From Podarcis pityusensis (lineage: Eukaryota), in the NCBI GenBank assembly GCA_964106645.2, contig OZ078259.1: 64,000 nt of DNA; one strand, written 5' to 3'. Below the pieces are notes generated by a model. The model searched no databases. It saw nothing but the letters and a program-made list of their open reading frames with translations, and was not told the DNA's origin. The position numbers and the translations under genes were made by a program. Below are positions 12,606-25,433 of this stretch, piece by piece (the stretch's first letter is position 1; each line of letters starts with the position of its first letter).

Positions 12606-13995
12606 GTAAATAAAAATAATCTCTCCCTCCAGCTACGTATAGATTTTTTTTGCAAACTACTGTTTATCCTGGCCCATGCCACTCAGTGCTCCCTTGCTGC
12701 TCATAACTTGGGAATTCAAAGTGAGCTGCTTTGATTCATGTACTAATATTAATTATTTTCCTGTGCAGATCATAATATCCCTTTCCATCAGGGTTTTGTT
12801 GCATCAGTCAGCTCTTCCTGTACACACACGCACATATGGTATATACACGCATGCAGATAGATGGATAGATGTAGGGATAGGGATAGATATAGACATTCAC
12901 TGAATCTGCTTGCAGAATTTAGGGTTTATAGTGAAGAACTCCAGATGCATCGAAAGTAAATTACAAAAGGAGACACCAATAATTGACTGCATTTTGAGCA
13001 CTTGGCTAGTTAATTATGCTGATGTTATCTTTATAGACAACAACTCAGACAATGCACACCACTGGATGCAGAAATGCTATTAAAGATTGAATAATGGATG
13101 TGAATTCTGCCTCTAAATTTAGTTACCAACCTTGAATAACTTCAGCCTGGAACTCTAACTCTCCGTCAACAGACAGAAGTCTCTGGTAACAGGGAGATAA
13201 ATGAGACCTTTTTTCCAGGGACTGGATGGTCATTAAAATGCCGCCGCTGCAAAAGACATCAGTAGGCATGTCAGTGGTTACAGTTTGACATTACTTGAAA
13301 TAAAATTGCCATCAGGCATATCTTGATTATAGCTCATCTCCAGAAATGGGGAAGCTGTGACTCATAGGTCACCAGTGATTTTAATGTCCATGTGGAAGCT
13401 TATTAGACAAGGGTGAGGCACCTTGTTTTTTCTGCTTAATATCTTCATTCACTCAGAGGCAACCTGTTGGTGGAAGGCCCACTTGCCAGTGGTGGGTGGA
13501 GCCAGAGGTGGGTGGGGACAAAAAGATGTGGGAGGGACCAGAATCAGTGGTGGGCAGGGCTGAAGACAGTTGTGAACAGATCTAGCACCAAAAGTGGGAG
13601 AGCTAGCAGTCAAAGCAGGGGGGCTTTTCCCTCTTTCTGTTATCCCCTTTCCTTTCTCTTATTTATTTCTCTGCCATTGCCTTTCTCTTCCCTTACCCCC
13701 ATATTTCCCTCCTTGCTACCAGCATGAAATCAGGCCCAATGCCAAATGAAATTAAGCCAATACTATATGCAATCGTTAAGCTGCAAGTTTCCCAGCCCTG
13801 TATAAGACATTGCTGGCATCCGTCTGCCTCGGGAGACCAGCTTCATTTGCTAAGCAAACGCTACAACAAGGATGTTGTCTCTCTAATGAAGAGTAAACAT
13901 AGAAACAGAGAATAGAAATTGGACTACATGAATTATCCTACCTAGGCAGACTAACTCTTACTCCATACCCACAAAGAATGGAGTATACTCACAGC

Positions 13996-15000
13996 TACTG
14001 TTGGCATTCACCTGTCCTGAGAGACCATGAAAGAGTGTGCCATCGGGGGTAAGTTCAAACCATTAGAGGTTACAGTGCCTGCTGTGGCTGTAGAAACCAA
14101 TATGGGAGAGACATGATTAATTGCAGCTGGAGCAAATGAAGGTGTCTTGTTTTGCTGTTCCAAGTGTGCCATGGAAGTTCTTCTCTCTGCACTCCGCCCA
14201 GCAATCATTTCTCCTCTGTTTATTGCTGTGGATTTACCACCAGTCTGTCTCCAGGTACTGTGGTCATCTGCAAGGAATTCCTATAAGATGGTGCTAATGT
14301 TGCCAGCCTTCATGTCACGTTTGCAGACATTTTTTGTAACATAGAGTTGTTCTGCCAAAGGCATGGTGCCTGGAGCCAGCTCCCCATAGAGCACATCCTT
14401 GATGAGCCTTCCATCTTCCATTCTGTGGGCATGACCAAGCCAGTGTAGACATCACTGAAACAGAAGTGTGAACATGCTGGGAATGTGGGCTTGGGAGAGC
14501 ATATATTTGTCTGAGACTGTGTTGCTATGTGATGCCCAAAATCTTCTTGATGCAATGAATGTGGAAGGCATTGAGGCGGCACTCCTGGTCGGTGTAAGTT
14601 GCCTATGACTCATTTCCATTAAGCAGCATGCTCAGCACACAAGCTTGGTAGACACCTTGGTATTGTTTGCAAGCGTCACATTTCCCGAAACCGTTTTGGA
14701 GAGGCAAGTCATTGCCAATACGCTTGTCCCGCTCAGCATGATGGAAAAGCTGCTGGTTTCAATGGAGCCCAGGCAGACTTCAAATGTGTGGTCACCAACG
14801 CTGATGCGTAGAGTGCTATCGATGTCCTGACCCAGGATGTTGGCTTTTGTCAGGATGATAGTGAGTCCAACCTTCACACAGGCTTGGGCAAAATGGTTGA
14901 TGAGTCTCTGTAGACCTTTCTTGGAGTGCACAGTCAAGGGTGTCATCTAAAAACAACATCTCTTGGATAAGAACCCCCTGCGCTTTTATTCTGGTGTGGA
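13996..15000 (-). mobile_element. RTE-clade LINE, 3' fragment (degenerate RT)
   Basis: Minus-strand peptides VLIQEMLFLDD (degenerate FADD motif), GLQRLINHFAQAC and RLNAFHIHCIKKILGI; its 3' tail is shared with 8440-8575 and 6600-6650. Confidence 0.8.
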
Positions 15001-15524
15001 TGTCAGCATTGCCCTTGAGCCGGTGCCACCAACTGGACTCATACACTTCACCCCCGACTGGGCTAGGCGAGCTGGGTAGCACTTCCAGAGACCACCTTCT
15101 GCACAGGAACAGGTCAAAGTGCTGTGGACTCACAGCTTAGAGTTGTGAGCACCAGATTCACTCCAAAAAGAAGACAGTCGTCGTACAGCAGATTATAGCA
15201 GAGTATAAACGACTCGGAGAGCAACTCTGTAGAATATCTTCTTTTATTCTATCTACAACTATAATACACAACTATGTACAGAGCTAAATGAAGTCTAAAC
15301 GAAAATGCTGAACTGCACTGAGTGTCTGCAGCTGCTCTTAGCAGCAACCTTATCTATACGCACGATCTCTCTCTAACTCTCAGTCTCTCTCTCTCTTTGA
15401 TGTGAGGCTGGAGCGGAATAAGTAGAGAGCAGAAACCGCCCCCTCCGCTCTGGAGAATCAGCAGAGAACATCAGCAGATTCTTGGATATGGGAGGGGTGA
15501 AATCTCCTCAGTGGAGACGTGACA
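15001..15524 (-). mobile_element. Probable solo LTR
   Basis: TGTCA...TGACA inverted ends, AATAAA on minus near 15243, CpG-containing; no TSD seen (abuts the truncated RTE). Confidence 0.45.
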
Positions 15525-16555
15525 GGTTAAACAAACCCCCGTTGCTTCTTGAATGGAGTTTATGAAAATGTGTGCATTAGTGAAATTACCATATAACAAC
15601 AACAACATATTAAGTGATATTGTTTGCAAAAGTGTCTATTTCAGGCAAAATTTCATCCAAAACTGTGCTTATTAGGAGAACACAAGCATGTGTGCATTCT
15701 TGTGTGAACTGCTTCCTTTAAAAAATATCACAAATTGTGTGGAAATGTGGAGAGCTGAAGTTGGAAAAATAAGAGAAATCAGAATTGACAGATTCGTCCA
15801 TCTCTGCCTCTCACTCTGTGAGTGTCATACCTAGCTCGTTCCTGTATCAAACAATATTGTCAGTCCAGTTACAGGCCTTAAAGAGCCACATCAGGTTAAG
15901 AGCTTTTCCTTGCTAATCTTCTTTCCAGTAAAAGGGGGACAGAAAGGTCAAAAATGTATTGGGGTGACACTTGAAATCTGCTGCGGCATTTGTCATGCTG
16001 TCAAGAGCATGGAGAGAACCTGCCTTTTAAGCAGCAGCAGGAAAGCAATTTGTTGAAGCAGCAAGTTACAACTCATTGAAAAACATCCCCGGCACCCTGT
16101 TACATGATCAACAGCAGCTGAAGTAGGGCTTGATGATGCAGAACAGAAGATATATAATGCACACTTCAGAATGACCTCCAGTCTGCAGGATTTGATCACC
16201 ACCATCTGCATCTCATGCTGGGAAATGGTCCGAAACACGGATTGCCCCGGCCATGTGCGTTCAAAGCTATGACTTGAATGTCAGTGCTCAGAATGCAAAA
16301 TGGGAATATACAAATGAAACCTATATCCTCAACTCCTAACCAGAGAGATCTTTTTCAGGGTTTCAGACCAACAGCCAGACAGTGGTGCCCTCTTCAAGTA
16401 TACTATAAATTTTAAGGTGTTCATCAGTTTTACTGGGGGAGACGGGTTCTCCCCCAGCTGACACTCAATATTCTGTGGCTTCTGAGTATATTAGGTCCTC
16501 GTTGGACTGGTGGTTCTCTCCTCTCTCCCTCTATTTTTTGTTTTATTATGTGTGG

Positions 16556-16595
16556 GTTTGTTTGTTTGTTTGTTTGTTTGTTTGTTTGTTTGTTT
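16556..16595. repeat. (GTTT)n microsatellite
   Basis: Read directly. Confidence 0.9.
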
Positions 16596-17000
16596 TGATT
16601 TGACTTGATTTGATTCTGCAAACCTTGGGGTTTCTCTCTGAGCATGTCAATACCCTTTTGGGCTTGAATCCTGCTGGCACTGATTACCTGAATTCACCAT
16701 TAAAAGGAGGGGTAGCTCATCCAAGTTACTATTATTAAAATAATAACAAGTAATTGTCACACCATAATCACTATGTCAATTCCAAGGATAATCAGAACTC
16801 TAGGTTGAGCCCTTTACTCTCACAATTCTGGGTGCTCTTCCCATCATTGTTCCTGTCCATTTTCATGTTTCACTTCCTTCTGTAAGTGCTTGCTGCATTA
16901 CCACAGTCTGTGTTTAAGCGTAAGTTCCCTGCCTTACAGAAGGTTCCCTTCTCAACTCCAGTAAGCTGCACTGGATGTTTCCTTGCCCTTCCCTCTACAC

Positions 17001-17196
17001 CAGAGCTTGTTCCAAACTGTGTGTAGTGACATGTTACTGTGTCGGCTGCAGTGTGCAGGTGTCACACAAATGCGCCCTGTGCTCCTCCAAGGGTTGGAAA
17101 GGGGTTAGTTTAACCTCAGTAAACTGAACTACTGTGTTGTGAAATGGTGCATGTCTAAAAAGTGTGTCACCAACATGAAAAGTTTGGAAAGCTCTG
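17001..17196. mobile_element. hAT-type MITE
   Basis: TIRs CAGAGCTT..TCCAAACT / AGTTTGGAAAGCTCTG; TSD CTCTACAC/ATCTACAC. Confidence 0.7.
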
Positions 17197-17379
17197 ATCT
17201 ACACCTTCCTTAGCAACTCCTTCTCCCTCTCTCCCTCTCTGCCCCTGCTTTCAGATTTCTGCTATACTTTCTCCCAGTCTCCCTCTACCCTTCAGATTCA
17301 GTTTTTCAGACTCCCCTCTCCCCAAAGCTATCCACTTTGCCTGCTTTCTCGCTCTGGGTTTGGGGCTCTCACCTCAGGG

Positions 17380-17590
17380 GGGATGCTGTGGGTTGGAAAA
17401 GGTTCAGAAAAGGGCACACAAAATGATCAAGGGGATGGAGCAACTATGAGAAAACTATGTAAGTTCAGCTACGAGGAACGGTTGCATCATTTGGGGTTTC
17501 TGGTTTGAAGAAAAGGAGGAAGACAGGAAACATGATAGACGTATATAGAATTATGTATGGTGTGGAGAATGTGGGTAGAGAGAAGATCTA
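17380..17590 (+). mobile_element. CR1 LINE fragment
   Basis: LEKVQKRAHKMIKGMEQL...YEERL, then an MIDVYRIMYGVENV-like peptide. Confidence 0.7.
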
Positions 17591-17986
17591 TTTACAAAAC
17601 AGGAATGCAAGAATGCCAGGAAAACCAACCAGACCAAAAATAAAGGTTTAAAGCTTTATATGATAAGCAAATGTTACAGCGAGGATGTTCTCTCCCTCAT
17701 GAAGAGTAAACCTTGAAATTGAGAACAGAAATTGTAGTAACTGATTTATCCTACCTAGGCAAACTAACACATAATCTATACACCCAAAGGACTGGGTATG
17801 GTCTTTCTCACACATACCCTAAAGATCCAGGCAAGAGATCCTGCAACAAGCAAAAATAGGGGAACAGTTGAACATTGCAGACACGTGCCTCATTGGATTT
17901 TGCTGTTTAAGTCTTCTCCGATTTATAATCCCTTTTTTACTTGTCTTCCTCCCAATTGGTTCTTGGTCTTTTCAGTTACACTACAC

Positions 17987-18122
17987 CAGGCTTCCTCAGA
18001 CTCAGCCATCCAGATGTTTTGAAACTACAATTCCCATCATCCCTGACCACTGGTCCTGCTAGCTAAGGATCATGGGACTTGTAGGCCAAAAACATCTGGA
18101 GGGCCAAGTCTGAGGAAGCCTG
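17987..18122. mobile_element. Palindromic hAT MITE
   Basis: TIRs CAGGCTTCCTCAGACT / AGTCTGAGGAAGCCTG; imperfect 8-bp TSD CACTACAC/CACTAGAT. Confidence 0.75.
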
Positions 18123-18576
18123 CACTAGATCTTAATGGGCTTTTCTGTGCCAAACTGCCTTCTCCACCTTGGCTTCTCCACCGAATTGCCTTCTCCAAAT
18201 TAGCACTGAGACAAAACTGTCCATATATCCATATGGGGTGGTGAAGCACTGTGCTATCTCACAGGATCCAGAATGCCATTGGGCTGCTAAAGTAGCATAG
18301 GCAAAATCCAGGTTTGTTTCAATACGGTCCTCTTCACGTGCATGGGAACATCTCACATTTCGCATTGGCACAAAGCTCAAAGTAACAAAAGACCAGATTG
18401 TCTGCTTGCTCATCTGCTTCTTTGCCTATTTGTAAGCAAAATCCATTCTCATACAAATACACACACACACAAATGTTACTGTTCTGTCCATTTTGGCTTG
18501 GTTTCAAGGCTGAATTGCTCTGCAAAATTAGTGGTCCATGTAAGTAGGTTAAAAACACAACTTAACTTGTAAAAGG

Positions 18577-18969
18577 ATCATAGAATCATAGAGTTGGAAG
18601 AGACCACAAGGGCCATCAAGTCCATCGAGTCCAACCCCCTGCCAAGCAGGAAACACCATCAGAGCACTCCTGACATATGGTTGTCAAGCCTCTGCTTAAA
18701 GACCTCCAAAGAAGGAGACTCCACCACACTCCTTGGCAGCAAATTCCACTGTCGAACAGCTCTTACTGTCAGGAAGTTCTTCCTAATGTTTAGGTGGAAT
18801 CTTCTTTCTTGTAGTTGGGATCCATTGCTCCGTGTCCGCTTCTCTGGAGCAGCAGAAAACAACCTTTCTCCCTCCTCTATGTGACATCCTTTTATATATT
18901 TGAACATGGCTATCATATCACCCCTTAACCTCCTCTTCTCCAGGCTAAACATGCCCAGCTCCCTTAGCC
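18577..18969 (-). mobile_element. CR1 LINE 3' end
   Basis: MFSLEKRRLRGDMIAMFKYIKG...NIRKNFLTVRAVRQWNLLPRSVVESPSLEVFKQRLD, with the CR1 ATTCTATG tail. Confidence 0.9.
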
Positions 18970-20280
18970 GGATGCGATAGAATAAAGAGGTTTAAAATTA
19001 TATATGAATATATCAAAAGCATAAATGTTTCTAACAGTAACTTATTATGTTGCCAAATATACAAGTTGGCCCTGATGTGTCTGCCTATTTTTGTTGAGCT
19101 TAACAATTCGATTTGCTTGTACTGTACTGTATCAAAGAAAGATTCAGTTCAGAAAATTCTGGGATGTTCTTTTCTTCGCCACAAGATGGCAAGCTTTTCC
19201 TTCTTACTTCTCTTTAATTCTTCTCAAATTCTACAGGACCTTGCAAGAGGAGAAGTCTGCAGCAAAGCATGAATGACTTCAGTCTTGCAGGGTGGGCTAA
19301 ATTTAGCTGAAGCCCCTTTCCCTTGCTACAGCCCACCAATGTGTTTTAAACAAATAAACAAATAAAGCAAGAGCACGCAGTCACTACAATTGCGTAAAAT
19401 TAATCTGCAATCTTACCGATCCCTGACTCTTTCCTGCTTATGAAGTTCCTGGACTGGATCAGAGGAACCAGGTGCCAGAACTCACCACAAACATCTCCCC
19501 TTGTTCTCTTCTAATGGCAATGGTGCCCACCTGAGAGGTGCCGGAACTGAGTTTTGGTGAGTTCTGGCTGGGGGGGAAAGCCCTGATGGAGATAAACGCT
19601 TTTCTTCTCTCTGAAATCAGCAGGCTGCTTTCCTTCTGCCCATGGGAATAATTTCAGGATTTAATTTTACCCGAGGATCACTAGAGTTCACCCCTGTTTT
19701 CAGTACTAGAGTTCAGCTCTGGAATAAAGTCAAAGGTTTTATTAGTTAGCCAAGAGCCATCAACTGCACACACACATGAGAGAGAGAATCCTTAGGGTTT
19801 TTTCAGTAATATTTTCTGTTATGGGGTTTCGTTCTGGCTTCTTAGACAGGATGGGCTTCTCTCCTTGCCCGACCCTTGTTCAAAAATAGAAATGGGGATA
19901 TAAAATTTGGCATTTATATTTGGGCTTTTTATTATTATTATTATTATTATTGTAATTTGGAATGTCTTTATGTGGTTTATATTGGATTATGTATTAAATT
20001 GGAAATTTTAATAAATATTGTATTTTTAAAAAATAGAAATGTGATAATGGGAGAGCCATAGTCTTGTGACACTCCAGCTGTTAGTGAACCATGACTCCCA
20101 TTGCCCTTGACCATTGCCCATGCCACTGGGCTTGATTGGTGTTGGGCCATTTCGGCTGTGGCTCGATATCTGTAGAATGCTCTCCCCAGTGAGGACCACC
20201 CAGACCGTTGCTGACATCTTTTCGGGGCTAGGTAGGCTTGCCTTTCCCCCCAGGCTTTTGCTGAACAGAACTGATTTTGT

Positions 20281-20429
20281 TCTACTTAACTCAGTTGGTA
20301 GAGCAGAAGACTCTTAATCTCAGGGTTGTGGGTTCAAGCTTCATGCTGGGCAAAAAGATTCCTACAATACAGGAGGTTGGACTAGATGACACTCAAGGTC
20401 CCTTCCAACCCTACAGTTCTATGATTCTA
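20281..20429 (+). mobile_element. tRNA-Lys(CTT)-derived SINE with CR1-like 3' tail
   Basis: Head CTCAGTTGGTAGAGCAGAAGACTCTTAATCTCAGGGTTGTGGGTTCAAG resembles tRNA-Lys-CTT with broken stems; followed by GGTTGGACTAGATGAC...GGTCCCTTCCAAC...TTCTATGATTCTA. Confidence 0.75.
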
Positions 20430-23400
20430 CAGTTAGTGTGCTACCAAGGCTTCCTGTGGCTTTTATGGAGGGTGTGTGTTGTCTTTATAGATATGCATTT
20501 GTGGGTAGATATGAACATGTGTGTGCATATGAGCATGTATGTGTATTAATGAGTTATAGGCATATGAAAATATTGGCGTTTTACAGGAACTTTTTAATGG
20601 TATGGTGTATTTATGTTTTTAAATTTAATTCACTTGGGGAATGTTTAGGCAACAAGCAATCAATTGGCCTCGCAGCAACTGGATGGGTATGGGCCATATA
20701 TTCCCTGTCCCAAACTTTGACCTTCCCAGGCCGTTATGGACTCCTTCAGGCCCTTAAACAAGTTCCTTTTTGCAGTTTTTGTAGGTCCTCTTCTGCCCAC
20801 CTCATAAAAGGGAAGGCAGGAGGTCAAATGCCAACCAGCAGTCACAGACATTTGCTGGAGAGAGATAAATGCCTAAGTATTTGCCTGGGCTGGTGTGTCG
20901 CCATTGGTGTGTCGCTGAAGCCATGAGCAATCCCTCCCTCCCAGCACCGCAAGGAGGCTTGAAAGAAAAATGTGTTGAAAGCACTTTGCAGACTACAAGG
21001 TTCTACCGAAAGGATTAACAAACAGAAAGTTCTACAGAAATGATTACTGCTTGGAACATTCAGATAATGCACCTTAACGCTATCTTGGTAGTCAGAATAA
21101 CCCCAAACTAATTGGTAGTTGTTGTGAGAATGAGCTCATATATGTTTATATTCTTTTGCTTTGATCTATGCTGATTTTCTTGCTTTGATGCTGTGTTTAT
21201 CTCTGGATGCTGGGCTCTAGGCCCTGAGATGGGAGCAGCTTTGGACAGTTGCCACCTCTGACCTCACTGGCCAGGTGTGATGGGAATTCCTGGCCAAAGT
21301 GATATATGTTGCTTTTTAAATGAAGGATGTATGCATGTTTGCTTGGGTGCAGGCAAGGAGATGTATACACTTACTTTATACCCTTAGTCTTGTTCCCCTA
21401 GACATATTATCTTAGAATTGTAACGTTGGAATGAACCCTAAGGGTTGTCTAGTCCAATTCCCTGTTGATTTAGATGTATGCCTACTATTCCTCTGGCCAC
21501 CATCTCACTTCTTGACTAAGATACAAAATTTTGTTCATGTAAACACAAATATGCCTATTTGTTATATGCTTAGATACACCCTAAAAAGAAAGAGCTAAGA
21601 ATCACAAGAAACAAAAATCAGTACCCTCAACAGCTGAGCTATTCTGCCCTTTTTTTTTACCAAAAGTCTGGCAGAACAAAGGAGCTTTGCTCTTCCCACA
21701 CCCCCGAAGGTCAGGAATGAGGTCCATAGATGAACTTGATATATCTTGGAGCTGTAACAAAAAGCCTTGAGTTTTGCTGCTTGAGGGTGTTCTAACCTCC
21801 TGTTTAAAAAAAAAAAAATGCAGAGCAGAGCCCTGTATCAAGGTTTTAACAAGTGATGGATCACAGGATCTGCCCTATACCAAAAGTCAGATTATTCTAT
21901 TATAGTAAACATTTATATGGTGCTTTCAAGCGTTTAATACATTTTGTGTACATTATGCTCCTTGCAGCAGCCCTGAAAGGCAAATCTGGAATATTATGTC
22001 CAAATATTACAGGTGTGGGGGATGATCAAGGCAAGTAGTAACTGGCAGCAGGTTTCCAGCATCTCAAACAAAGGACCTTCCCACCACCTGATCTTTCTAA
22101 ACTTGGCTGTGCTCAGTGCAATCTCTGAAGCCCCTTCAAAATCTCCTGTACCTTACCTTGGATTAATGTTGCACTGCAGCACCCATTCCTGCCCTCTCTC
22201 CCTCCTTGACTGTTGAAGGGTGGCAAGGTGTGTGGCACATAATAAGAAACACTATTTTGATATTCATCAGACTTAATACCTGCATTCTAAAAGCATTTTC
22301 ATCCATCTCCCCCTCAACACACTTAGAAACATACACCTATTTAATTTTTCTGCCTGGCATAAGAAAGAAAGAAAAAGCTCCATATTACTGTTCATATTCA
22401 AAGATTTACAAAATTATATCCTGCTTGGGAACTAGAGCACATTATTGTCTTAGAAATGTAATAATTACTGTTATGGATGGTTTTCTCGAGAGGGAAGAAA
22501 GGAAAACAGAAGCTTTTCAAGTTAGATTTGGATGCTTTCACTGTTTAACATTTTACGCTTTTATGATTCTATGACTTGTCTGTGGTTTACCAGATTAGAT
22601 ATGGCCCATGGCAGTAGCCAGTCACTCCTCTGTTGCTTCAAAGTTATCAGTGAACCTCCTCCTTCAGTTCTTCTGTGAACTGGACGGGCATCATAGACTC
22701 CTAATGCTATTCATCAGTTAGAAAGCTCACGCAGATGCCCTCTTAAATAAATATTTAGCTTTAGCTGTTTTCTGTAATCTGCTCCACATTACATGAAAGA
22801 GAACTCTAGGAGAGTTGAGACGACAACAGTCGGCTGTTTTCTTGACTTTTGCCCAAATATAAAATGTTAGTGAAACTATTGTGGATTGAAGAGATGGAGA
22901 CTAGCTTGAATGTTATATGTGTGCCTATAGCTTCAGCCCTCCTGACGTTTCTAAACTACCTCTCCCAACATCCCTGGTCACTGGCTATGCTTGCTGAGGC
23001 TGATGGGCTTTGTGACACAGCAACACCTGGAGAACAAAAAGTTCCCTACAGGTGTAGTCTGTGGAGCCATTTATGACATCTGTTTCCTTTGTTATATTTG
23101 CCATTGAGACGCATTAAGGCAAATAGCTTAATTTGGGCAAGATACTGATATTTAAAGAAAGCCACAGTGGCATTTTGTCACAGCCTTCCAACAAACTGGT
23201 GTCATTGGATGCCTGCTCCTTGGTGCCTAGATCACTCAAGGTGGGGAGGGGAATGGCTATCCATGCCTTGGAATAAATGACAATGGACAATTATCTCCCT
23301 CTGCTCCCTCAATGCACCATTCTGAGGGTTCTCCGGACAGACACACACACACACCAATTTGCGGGGGTGAGGGGTTGAAGCCCGGAAGCCTGTTACACTA

Positions 23401-23786
23401 GCAGAGGTCCTTGCATAGGCTTCTGCTAGCTAGTGGGACCACTTAGCTGAATCCAGCTCACAAGGCCTGCATGACTTGTGACCCACCAGGTACTTGGCAG
23501 CAGCCAGCAAAATGTAGGAAGATCTGTTCTTTGTCTAGTCCTGCTTGCTTCTAATGACAGAAGTCAACCAATGTCTTCAGGAAGCCCACAAGCAGGGCAT
23601 AAGCACAATAGTCTACCTCTGCTGTTGTTCCCAGGCAGTTTGTATTCAGTGGCATATTGTGTCTGAAACTGGAGGTCCCATATAGCCACCGCGATACGGT
23701 ATTTTATATAGAGTATTTGTATAATGTTGCTGTACACCACCTTGGTATGTTTTATAGTGGGTGGTTGATGCATATGTTTATATATA

Positions 23787-24029
23787 CAGTGGTACCTCAG
23801 GTTAAGAAGTTAATTCGTTCTGGAGGTCCGTTCTTAACCTGAAACTGTTCTTAACCTGAAGCACCACTTTAGCTAATGGGGCCTCCTGCTGCCGCTGCGC
23901 TGCCGGAGCACAATTTCTGTTCTCATCCTGAAGCAAAGTTCTTAACCAGAGGTACTATTTCTGGGTTAGCAGAGTCTGTAAACCTGAAGCGTATGTAACC
24001 TGAAGCGTATGTAACCCGAGGTACCACTG
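23787..24029. mobile_element. Tc1/mariner-pogo (Tigger-like) MITE, family A
   Basis: TIRs CAGTGGTACCTC...GAGGTACCACTG with TA flanks; five similar copies in the window. Confidence 0.85.
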
Positions 24030-24699
24030 TACGTAACAGCACTAGGTGATCCAGCTGCAATTGGGCAGTGGCCCATCAATAGATCAGAATCCACCTGCAA
24101 CCCCTAATATACGGGGCAGGGAATGAAGATGCCTGGGGCAGATGACTGCATTTGTATTAGGCGCATTATCATGGCCATCGTATCTCAAGCAGGCTGCTAG
24201 CCAGGCAGAGCAATATCTGAGAGAGGAGTTGACTTCTATGCTATCCATTGTAGGAAGGACAACTGGCTAGCAGAGAATGAGGTTCAGGGGCAACAGATTT
24301 CACACTAGACTCAATCTCTGAGCAGGCAAAGGAGCAGTTCCTTTTCAAAGGCAAGGCCTTCTGCACATGTTCATCAACTCCTTACCCACCCTTAAAAACA
24401 AATAAAAATGATTAATTCTGCTTTGTGGAAAGGAACTCTGCACGTACTCAGAGATACCCAAACTCAAGTGAATTTCTACATAGTGGGAAGGAAATCTGCA
24501 CGTCCTACAGATATGCAGGCCTGGGTGAATTTCTACATGGCTGGTAGGGAACTCTTCACATGCTCAAAGATGCTCTGACCTAAGTGAATCTGTACTTGGT
24601 GGAACTGAACTGTGCACATGCTCAGGCATATGCAGCCCTGTACGAGGCAGTTTTATTTAAATACAGCATGTTTATTTCCCCTCCCTTCTGTCGAGTCGA

Positions 24700-25350
24700 T
24701 TTAAAGACGCCACGCCCACCATGATGATTGCTCCTGAACTGTTTCCGTGGCAACACCGGTGGTGAATGAGGGAGAGGCAGCTGAAGCGTCACAGCCTGAA
24801 AAAAGAAGACGCATGCGCAAGTGAACTGGCAAGCGGGAAGGGAGACTCGAGGAGTTAGACCGGTCCCAAAGGGGTCATAGATTTAATGCCACTGTAGAAA
24901 CACTTCCGGTTTCCCAATGCAAATAAATACTGTAGAGGAGATAAATACTGTAGTGGAGAGGTTCTTAAGATTTGGACCTGGGTTCATATTATCCCTCACT
25001 AGGCGACCCTGAGTCAGCCACTTTCTCATGCAAAACGTGGGAGGGGAAAGTTCTACCTATCTGGAAACTGGAATGAGAATGTCCAAGATGAAATAAGACT
25101 TATTTCATATTATTATTAAATAATAATATTATTAGATTATTATTTTATATTATTTTAAAAAGCGCTCGAATGAGTACCGGAAATGATAAGCGTGCACAGA
25201 GAGCTCTTTTCTTTCTACCTCTAAGAGGCTAGTTGCGTCACGCTTTCTCCTCCCAAGCCCTCCCTTCCAGAAACGCGTCCGCGTGGGGGGCGTGGCCAAG
25301 GCGGAGCTGCGGGTTCCACCATAGAGAGAAAGCGGAAGCGGATCCGGTTT
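24700..25350 (+). promoter_or_regulatory. C1GALT1C1 promoter region
   Basis: Locally CpG-rich. RFX X-box GTTTCCGTGGCAAC 24741-24754, NRF1-like CGCATGCGCA 24810-24819, ETS CACTTCCGG 24901-24909, further CGGAA cores near 25177 and 25333. Confidence 0.6.
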
Positions 25351-25433
25351 TTCTTCCTAGAGCGGGAGGGGGGAAAGTGGAGGTCGGTGGTGGCTTCTCT
25401 TGGCCCAGCTCCTGCTATTGCCATCCTATCTAG
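25300..25433 (+). other. C1GALT1C1: Probable non-coding first exon of C1GALT1C1 (5' end approximate)
   Basis: CpG-rich patch ending in a strong donor TAG|GTGAGT (GT at 25434), about 5.9 kb upstream of the coding-exon acceptor; fits the known non-coding exon plus one coding exon structure. Confidence 0.6.

Noticed and set aside
19237-19291. Possible exon after a strong pyrimidine tract and CAG
   Set aside because: No partner exons or recognisable peptide; isolated acceptor-like sequences are common.
20281-20352. Functional tRNA-Lys(CTT) gene
   Set aside because: Acceptor, anticodon and T stems are mismatched, and the sequence runs into a CR1-like tail, so it is a SINE head.
24410-24645. CRISPR-like array
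   Set aside because: Eukaryotic context, whole units are homologous with no unique spacers, and there are no cas genes; it is a minisatellite.
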